This document shows, one piece after another, positions 58,280 to 64,000 of a DNA stretch of 64,000 nt (position 1 is the stretch's first letter; every line of letters starts with the position of its first letter). The notes under the pieces are model-generated. The model worked only from the letters and a program-made list of their open reading frames with translations, was not told where the DNA came from and made no database searches. Source of the stretch: an uncultured Gemmatimonadales bacterium (GTDB lineage: Bacteria > Gemmatimonadota > Gemmatimonadetes > Longimicrobiales > RSA9); the NCBI GenBank assembly GCA_963741945.1, contig CAVUKA010000005.1, positions 522,557 through 586,556 of the forward strand. Direction: 5' to 3'. The position numbers and the translations under genes were made by a program.

Positions 58280-59491
58280 TCAGGAGGTCTTCCGTGGGGC
58301 GCCGCTGATCGACCGGGAACGCCAGCCGCCACCAAGGTCAAGTCGGGGCCGACCCGTACCGGGGATGGCGTCCGGCCGCCCCCACCCGGTTCGCTCCCGC
58401 GTAGCTCGGCCGGCAAGTGCCCACCCGAGGAGCCCGACCAGGATGCCCGCCAGGGCGTCCGCAGCATAGTGCTCACCAAGAAAGACCACGGCCACGCTCA
58501 TCAAGGCGACATAGCCCATTCCTAGCCACTTCAGAGAACGGTGCAGATTGGTCAGGGCAAATGCCGTCACCGTTGCGAGCACGAGGTGGACGGAAGGCAT
58601 TGCCGCCACGTCATTCGAGGAAGCGCGATAACCTGCCTCCATGATCTGGGGCACGCTCGGGTACATGACGTCCCAAAGTATCCGGCGCACGGGCGCTATT
58701 GCGCCGGCGTTCGCGGCCATCCACGGCGGCACGGTTGGGAACGCGGTGTGCCACACCAGGGCGATCCCGAAACCCGACAACAGGGCCAAAACCACGCGGG
58801 TCGCCGACCTGTTCAGAGCAAGTGACGCGGCAAGCACAAGAGGGAAGGCAAAATGAAACGAAAGATACGTGATGCTCATCAGCACGTCCAACAACCTGGC
58901 CTGGAAGTGCTCCTGAAGCAGCACCGTCGGGACTGTCCCGAGCCCCAGCACCCGATCCACGAAGATCGGATACTGCGTGCGCCACGGCGCCACCGCGTCC
59001 GCCAGCCCGCGCAGTGAAGCGAAGGCCGCATATCCGAGAGCCCACAGCCCGAACAGCTTCACGCGGATCGAACGCGTCCACAGGAGCCATAGGCCCAAGG
59101 GGACGAGCAGAATGGCGTTCCCCGGACTCAGCACGAAGAACAGGGGGCTGATGCCGATGACGAGAAGGACGAAGAGCCCGATGGCGGCCCCGAGCGCGCC
59201 GAGGACGCTTCGCAGGGCCGCCAGCAATCCCGCCCCGGTCACACTACGCCCGCGGCCACCGGGGACGAATCGGGCGACCACGCTCCCCCGGGAAGGAGGC
59301 TCTGAACCGGGCCTTTCAGATCGGTATCGGCCGCCGGCAGCGTTCTCAAGCGGAGTTGTTGGGTGCAAAGCCATGCCGGCCGCGTTTGCTGCCCCCCTCC
59401 GTTGCCTGGCGCCAGGCGCGCACGGATCCTCTCGATTTGCTGACATAAGATCACTGATGGCCGGCGTCCCACCGCGAATACTCGGGCACAA
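58280..59491 (-). CDS. PAP2-superfamily membrane protein (AUR1/PAP2_C-like phosphotransferase/phosphatase)
   Basis: Multi-TM. AMPSVH ... GEHYAADALAG matches the C2/C3 PAP2 motifs (SxH, HxxxD). Start uncertain (59491, 59446 or 59374). Confidence 0.65.
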   Translation of the reverse strand: MCPSIRGGTPAISDLMSANREDPCAPGARQRRGAANAAGMALHPTTPLENAAGGRYRSERPGSEPPSRGSVVARFVPGGRGRSVTGAGLLAALRSVLGALGAAIGLFVLLVIGISPLFFVLSPGNAILLVPLGLWLLWTRSIRVKLFGLWALGYAAFASLRGLADAVAPWRTQYPIFVDRVLGLGTVPTVLLQEHFQARLLDVLMSITYLSFHFAFPLVLAASLALNRSATRVVLALLSGFGIALVWHTAFPTVPPWMAANAGAIAPVRRILWDVMYPSVPQIMEAGYRASSNDVAAMPSVHLVLATVTAFALTNLHRSLKWLGMGYVALMSVAVVFLGEHYAADALAGILVGLLGWALAGRATRERTGWGRPDAIPGTGRPRLDLGGGWRSRSISGAPRKTS

Positions 59492-59670
59492 TTCGAAGCC
59501 GAGTCACAACAGAGAAGCGGAAACCAGGTCACGGTGGAGCCCCGCCGCGCTCTCCAACAAGCTTACATTGACAGGCCCCGGGAACCAGCCAAACCACGCG
59601 CACCCGAAGCCGTACAGGAAGGCCAGTATGGCCAGAGACCCGGCAAACGCATATCTCTCAGGGCGGCTCT

Positions 59671-61266
59671 TCATCTACTCTGTCCTGCGCGTCCTGTTAT
59701 ATCCGGGGGCGGATCTGGCGTACGGACGCGTGTGGCCTGCTGGCACAGTTGCCATACGGTTATTTTCGGCTGACGCTGACCTGCGTCCGTAACACGCACC
59801 GGTTCATCACACGCTCGCCCGGGCGCTAGAGATCTACGTAGCCAGAATGACCTCCCGGCACGTTCCGCACAGAAGATGTACTCGGCTTCGAGAGCGCGCT
59901 TGAAGCGGTTGGCGAAGTCACGACGCTGCAGCCTCAGCGCCACTGAGTCGACGATCACGACGAGAGCCGGCCGCCCAGTCTGGAGCCGTGAAACTACTGT
60001 ATCCTGAACGGACGGCACGGACACAAGCTGCATCACGTACAATTGCTCGGGGACGGCGGGTGCCCGCTCGGCAACGAAGTAATCCTCGGGTTCAGAGGCG
60101 GCGATGTAGATCGACTCGGATGGCAGCGTGAGTTGCTGGATCTTGCTGGCGACCGTGTCGAGCGCTGCGGCCCTGCCTTCGTGCCACCAGTAGTCCTGCC
60201 ACTGGCGATCGCCGCGCCACCACTTTGCTTCCAGCGGGAGCAGGCCGCAGGCGAGCACGACGACAATGGCTACCCCAGGGCGAATGCGCCTGAGATCCGC
60301 CAGGGCCATGATGCCGAAGGCGCCCAGGATTGCCAGGGGCGGCACGAATGTGATGAAGTAATGAGGGTACCACTTCGAACCAATGAGGCCCCCAGCCAAG
60401 GAGGACAGGATCCACAGTGACGCAAACCACCGGATTTCGGCGGAAGACGTGCGTTCGTCCGCAGGAAGGGTCGCGCGGGGGAGAACGCCGAGAGCCAGCG
60501 GAAGCAGTAACGCGGGAGCAGCCCGGAGGGCTCCGTAGATGAAACGCCCTATTTGCAGTGTGGGGGGGGCGGTCATGCCCGAGTCGACCAGAAGGCGCTG
60601 ACTTACCAGCGAGTACCAGTAGCCCTGCCAGTCCGCCGCGGCCCCCGCGAGCATGGAAAAGGCTGGCCACACAGCAAACGTCCACAAAGAGGTCAGCGCT
60701 TCTCGCGCTTCGCGCCGCCTCGCGGCCCATGCGAAGAGGAGGACGAACTGGCCGGCCCCCACGGGCTTGATGAATGCCGCCAGGCCTATCCAGAAACCGG
60801 CTCGCTTCCACTGGCCGGCCCAGATGGCGGCCGCCGAGAGCACGAGCGGCAGGTTGACCCATGTTTCGGCGTTCGCCGAGAAGCCTTCCACGCTCGCCGT
60901 GGTGGAAAGCACGGCGAACAACGCGGCTGCGAGCCAACCCCCGGCGCACCCCAGTACCGGCCGGGTGGTCCAACCGAGAAGGACTGATGTGGCCGCTACC
61001 CACAGCGCTGCACCCACCCGGAACCCCGTAACGGAATCGCCGAACAGGCGCATGGCAGCCGTGAAGAGCCAGAAAATGCCTTGCGGGCGATCGAACGGAA
61101 AGGTGGAATAGAGCCCGCCGTGCCGGACGACCAACGCGTAAGCCGCAGCGTCCGGGGAGGGAGGGGCGTCAAGAAACAACATCCGCAGCGCAACGGCGAG
61201 AGCGAACACGCCACCCGCCAACCAGAAGTCCCCGGCGCTCCAACGCCGTTCCCGGAGCACCGTCAC
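59671..61266 (-). CDS. ArnT/PMT-like GT-C glycosyltransferase (family 39/83-like)
   Basis: GTG 61266 in a GTGA overlap with the GtrA stop. About 11 TM helices and a C-terminal soluble domain. Visibly lower GC than its surroundings. Confidence 0.65.
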   Translation of the reverse strand: MTVLRERRWSAGDFWLAGGVFALAVALRMLFLDAPPSPDAAAYALVVRHGGLYSTFPFDRPQGIFWLFTAAMRLFGDSVTGFRVGAALWVAATSVLLGWTTRPVLGCAGGWLAAALFAVLSTTASVEGFSANAETWVNLPLVLSAAAIWAGQWKRAGFWIGLAAFIKPVGAGQFVLLFAWAARRREAREALTSLWTFAVWPAFSMLAGAAADWQGYWYSLVSQRLLVDSGMTAPPTLQIGRFIYGALRAAPALLLPLALGVLPRATLPADERTSSAEIRWFASLWILSSLAGGLIGSKWYPHYFITFVPPLAILGAFGIMALADLRRIRPGVAIVVVLACGLLPLEAKWWRGDRQWQDYWWHEGRAAALDTVASKIQQLTLPSESIYIAASEPEDYFVAERAPAVPEQLYVMQLVSVPSVQDTVVSRLQTGRPALVVIVDSVALRLQRRDFANRFKRALEAEYIFCAERAGRSFWLRRSLAPGRACDEPVRVTDAGQRQPKITVWQLCQQATRVRTPDPPPDITGRAGQSR

Positions 61267-61721
61267 CCTTCCCCTGCAACAAGCGGCCGTGCCCACGTGA
61301 AGGCGTTGTTAAGAACAAAGTTGAGGACCAGCATGGCTGCGATCGCAGTGGCATTGGCCAACATCAGCCAACCCATGCCCCACCACGCGGTGAGTGTCGT
61401 GACAGTTGCGACAGTTCCGGTGAGCGTGAGCAAGGATATGGACTGAAACCGAAGGAGCCGCTGAGCCCAGCCGTTCCGGGTAGTGCGCCCTCTGAACGTG
61501 AACGTATCGTTGCCGACGAAATTGAACAGGATCGCAGTCTCCGTGGCGGTGGCGGAACTCAGAATGACCGGCCATCCGACAGCGTGCACGCAGACCCAGA
61601 GAACGGCCATGTTGACAGTTGTCCCAGTCCCGCCCACCAGAGCATAGCGAACGAAAGTCCGAAGATCCTCAAAGCTGTGAGGGAGCCGGTATTTGGTCGG
61701 GGTATTACACGCGACAGTCAT
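61263..61721 (-). CDS. GtrA family protein (lipid-linked sugar translocation-associated)
   Basis: 152 aa, 4 TM helices. FVRYALVGGTGTTVNMAVLW and NFVLNNAFTW are typical of GtrA. ATGA overlap with the upstream stop. Confidence 0.85.
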   Translation of the reverse strand: MTVACNTPTKYRLPHSFEDLRTFVRYALVGGTGTTVNMAVLWVCVHAVGWPVILSSATATETAILFNFVGNDTFTFRGRTTRNGWAQRLLRFQSISLLTLTGTVATVTTLTAWWGMGWLMLANATAIAAMLVLNFVLNNAFTWARPLVAGEG

Positions 61722-63208
61722 GACGCTGGAGCAGCAAGGTCAACCGGGTGAATATTCTCCTGTTCGCGCCAGCCATCACAAGCCGGTTCCCCCAGCCGCA
61801 TCTCCTCGTGGTATTCCATGTCGCTGTTCACTGCCCAAACGTCATGGTGCGCGCCGAAGATGTTTTCGACCGCGAGCATGGCCGTGAGCATGGAGTGGTC
61901 CTGGTTGTTGTACTTGTGCATCCCGTTTCGGCCGGCCACCTGCAGGTTCGCTACCTCGTCGAGGAAAGCGCGCACCTCTCCGAGGTGGTGTTGATACGCC
62001 CCATCATAGACGGGGTACGCTTTCGTCATACGAACGACGTGCCCGCGGACGACCGTGGCGTCCCCCGACAGCCCGAGCTGCCGCAGCTCGCGCGTGGCCT
62101 GCTCGATCAAAGCGCCGTCATCGCTGCTCCAGAGACCATCGCCCTCGAAGCAGAAGTACTCCATTCCGAGGCAGGTGCGCCCCGCCTCCGGGACCATGGC
62201 GCGGCTCCAGTTGTTGAAGTTCTGGATCCGGCCCACCTGGACATCGGGGGAGTGCACGTACACCCAGTTGTCCGGGAACAGCGGCTCGTCATCCAGAATC
62301 AGGGCAACCACCAGGAAGTCGCGGTAGCGGAGGCTCCGGCCCGACTCCCGCGCGGTCGCCGGCGCGCTGTCGCCGAACGCGCGCACCAGCGCCCGCAATG
62401 GCATGGTGGAGATCACGTGGTCCGCCTCGAGCGTGACCCCACCGTCCGGGCCCTGGGCCTCCACGCCGGTCACGCTCCCGTTCTTGCGCAGGAAACCCAC
62501 GGCACGGTGACCCATGAGGATCCGCCCGCCGAACTCCTCGACGCGCGCCGCCGCCTTCTCCCACATCTGGCCGGGCCCGAGGCGCGGGTACTGGAACTCC
62601 TCGATCAGGCTCTTGATGTCGTCGGAGCGGCGCTGGATCGGGAGCGCCCGCAGGATGGCCTTCCCGAGCGACAGGTTCTGGATCCGCTGCGCGGCCCACT
62701 CCGCCCGGATCTCCGTGCACGGCATCCCCCAGACCTTCTCGGTGTACGTCTTGAAGAACGTCCGGTACAGCGCGCGTCCGAAACGGTTCGTCACCCACTG
62801 CTGGAAAGTGTCCTCATCCTTTGACGGGAAGAGCCTGGCCCATGCATAGCTCAGGACCATGCCGGCGGCGCGGAAGAGTCCCAGACCCCGGAGCGCGTTG
62901 CCGGCCTTGAGCGGGTAATCGAAGAAGCGGCCCCGATAGTAGATTCGCGACAGTCGGGGTACGGAGATCATCTCCTCGCCCAGCCACTCGTGCCAGAGCG
63001 CCTGCACTTCCGGGATCTTCGTGAAGAAGCGATGCCCGCCGATGTCAAAGCGATAGCCGTCGCGCACGACGGTACGCGAGATGCCGCCCACCTGGTCGTC
63101 CGCCTCCAGCACCGTCACGGCCACCCCACGCTTCGCCAGCATGTAGGCGGCCGTGAGTCCGGCGGGGCCGGCGCCGATGATGACGACTTGCTGGCTGCGT
63201 GGATCCAT
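61718..63208 (-). CDS. FAD/NAD(P)-binding oxidoreductase (amine-oxidase / UDP-galactopyranose-mutase-like)
   Basis: VVIIGAGPAGLTAAYML dinucleotide fold, then VLEA.DQVGGISRT and FDIGGHRFF. Confidence 0.8.
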   Translation of the reverse strand: MDPRSQQVVIIGAGPAGLTAAYMLAKRGVAVTVLEADDQVGGISRTVVRDGYRFDIGGHRFFTKIPEVQALWHEWLGEEMISVPRLSRIYYRGRFFDYPLKAGNALRGLGLFRAAGMVLSYAWARLFPSKDEDTFQQWVTNRFGRALYRTFFKTYTEKVWGMPCTEIRAEWAAQRIQNLSLGKAILRALPIQRRSDDIKSLIEEFQYPRLGPGQMWEKAAARVEEFGGRILMGHRAVGFLRKNGSVTGVEAQGPDGGVTLEADHVISTMPLRALVRAFGDSAPATARESGRSLRYRDFLVVALILDDEPLFPDNWVYVHSPDVQVGRIQNFNNWSRAMVPEAGRTCLGMEYFCFEGDGLWSSDDGALIEQATRELRQLGLSGDATVVRGHVVRMTKAYPVYDGAYQHHLGEVRAFLDEVANLQVAGRNGMHKYNNQDHSMLTAMLAVENIFGAHHDVWAVNSDMEYHEEMRLGEPACDGWREQENIHPVDLAAPAS

Positions 63209-63564
63209 GGCGGTTCAGCTCAATGTTGCGGTCCGGGGGCCGGAAAGAGAGCAGTGGCCATGCCGAGCGTCGACGCGTCGGGCTGACCCCCCGATGCCGC
63301 TGCAAATTCAGGGAAAACCCACAGTTGGCGCGGGCTTGCCGGCGTCACCCGGTGTTCCACCGCGGAACCGAGGCAGTGCCGACCCGGAACAGCGGCGCCA
63401 TGCCCGCTTCGGGGTCCTGAGCCTCGCCTTCGAACTTCCGGGCGCAGACCCGAGCCGCCGAAGAGCCGGGGATCGAGAAGCTTGCGCGTGCAGGCGAGAA
63501 AGGGAACGATTACTTTGTGTTTCGAAACTTCATACGCGCCACAGCGAAATTGCCGGAGCCCAGC

Positions 63565-64000
63565 ATGGTGCTGCCCCTGATCATCGCGGTCGTGTTGATT
63601 GCGGCCCTCGTGGCGGCCCTCGTCCTTTTCCTCGGCGGGGGCGACCGCCGGCGCGGGCGGCTCCGTCTCGTCCGCCGGATCCGCTCGCTTCGCCGGCGGC
63701 GCCTGTGGTCGCTGCTCCGGCGTCTGGGCCGGGGGCTGGGCATGGCGTCGCAGCGGCCGGGGCGGCGTTCGGTGGCCACGCAGCTGCGGCGGGTGGCGCA
63801 GCGGCTGGAGGGCGCGCACCGGGCGGGGCGGGATTTCGAGAGCGCGCAGCGCGAGCTCGCGCAGGGGGTGGAGCGGGTGCGGCGGGTGGTGGAGGCGCGG
63901 TCGCTGCGCTCCGAGAGCGCCCGCCGTCCGGGCACCCCGTCCGGGGTGACCACGGCCGGGCTGGTCCTGGGGCTGCTCATCGGCATGGCGGCGCTGGCGC
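63565..64000 (+). CDS. hypothetical Arg-rich membrane protein (partial, runs off the window)
   Basis: ATG 63565 opens a frame that stays open to the window end. N-terminal TM helix (VLPLIIAVVLIAALVAALVLFL), an Arg-rich helical region and a second hydrophobic segment. It is absent from the ORF track because no stop lies in the window. Confidence 0.45.
   Translation, partial: MVLPLIIAVVLIAALVAALVLFLGGGDRRRGRLRLVRRIRSLRRRRLWSLLRRLGRGLGMASQRPGRRSVATQLRRVAQRLEGAHRAGRDFESAQRELAQGVERVRRVVEARSLRSESARRPGTPSGVTTAGLVLGLLIGMAALA

Overview
Very GC-rich (roughly 70% by eye, not computed), densely coding bacterial chromosomal segment. I support about 60 protein-coding genes and recognised no rRNA, tRNA, CRISPR array, transposase or integrase. 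Many adjacent genes overlap by 4 nt (ATGA/GTGA), which indicates operons. The gene content (ECF sigma factors, DUF4097, BNR/sortilin-like, DUF5916, and M28 and S41 peptidases, many with signal or lipoprotein sequences) suggests a diderm soil lineage such as Gemmatimonadota; this is inference only. From left to right: a phenylacetyl-CoA epoxidase (paa) cluster; PBP1A; infC with a non-AUG start; two ECF sigma factors, one in a sigma/anti-sigma/2xDUF4097 operon; envelope and housekeeping genes (SLT, MscS, LMW-PTP plus fructosamine-kinase-like, S41 peptidase, aminotransferase, MarR, LemA-DUF2207, BNR protein, truD, corA, tspO, M28 peptidase, ferritin). The last third is accessory-looking. It holds (i) a four-gene synthase-dependent exopolysaccharide-like locus (TM-HEAT protein, processive GT2, TPR/beta-barrel protein, TPR/glycosidase-like protein carrying an apparent frameshift) and (ii) an 11-gene minus-strand glycoconjugate island (FAD oxidoreductase, GtrA, ArnT/PMT-like GT-C, PAP2, and two diverged copies of a DUF2029-like plus large polytopic membrane protein pair flanking a methyltransferase and a polyprenyl-phosphate-type GT2). 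These two loci are the best candidates for an undescribed system. Smaller oddities are 9-bp G5-run minisatellites, both intergenic and in frame inside truD; a 135-bp element bounded by a perfect 24-bp inverted repeat; a Fur-box-like AT island upstream of ferritin; and duplicated palindromes upstream of marR. All functional calls rest on motif recognition by eye; no database search was run.
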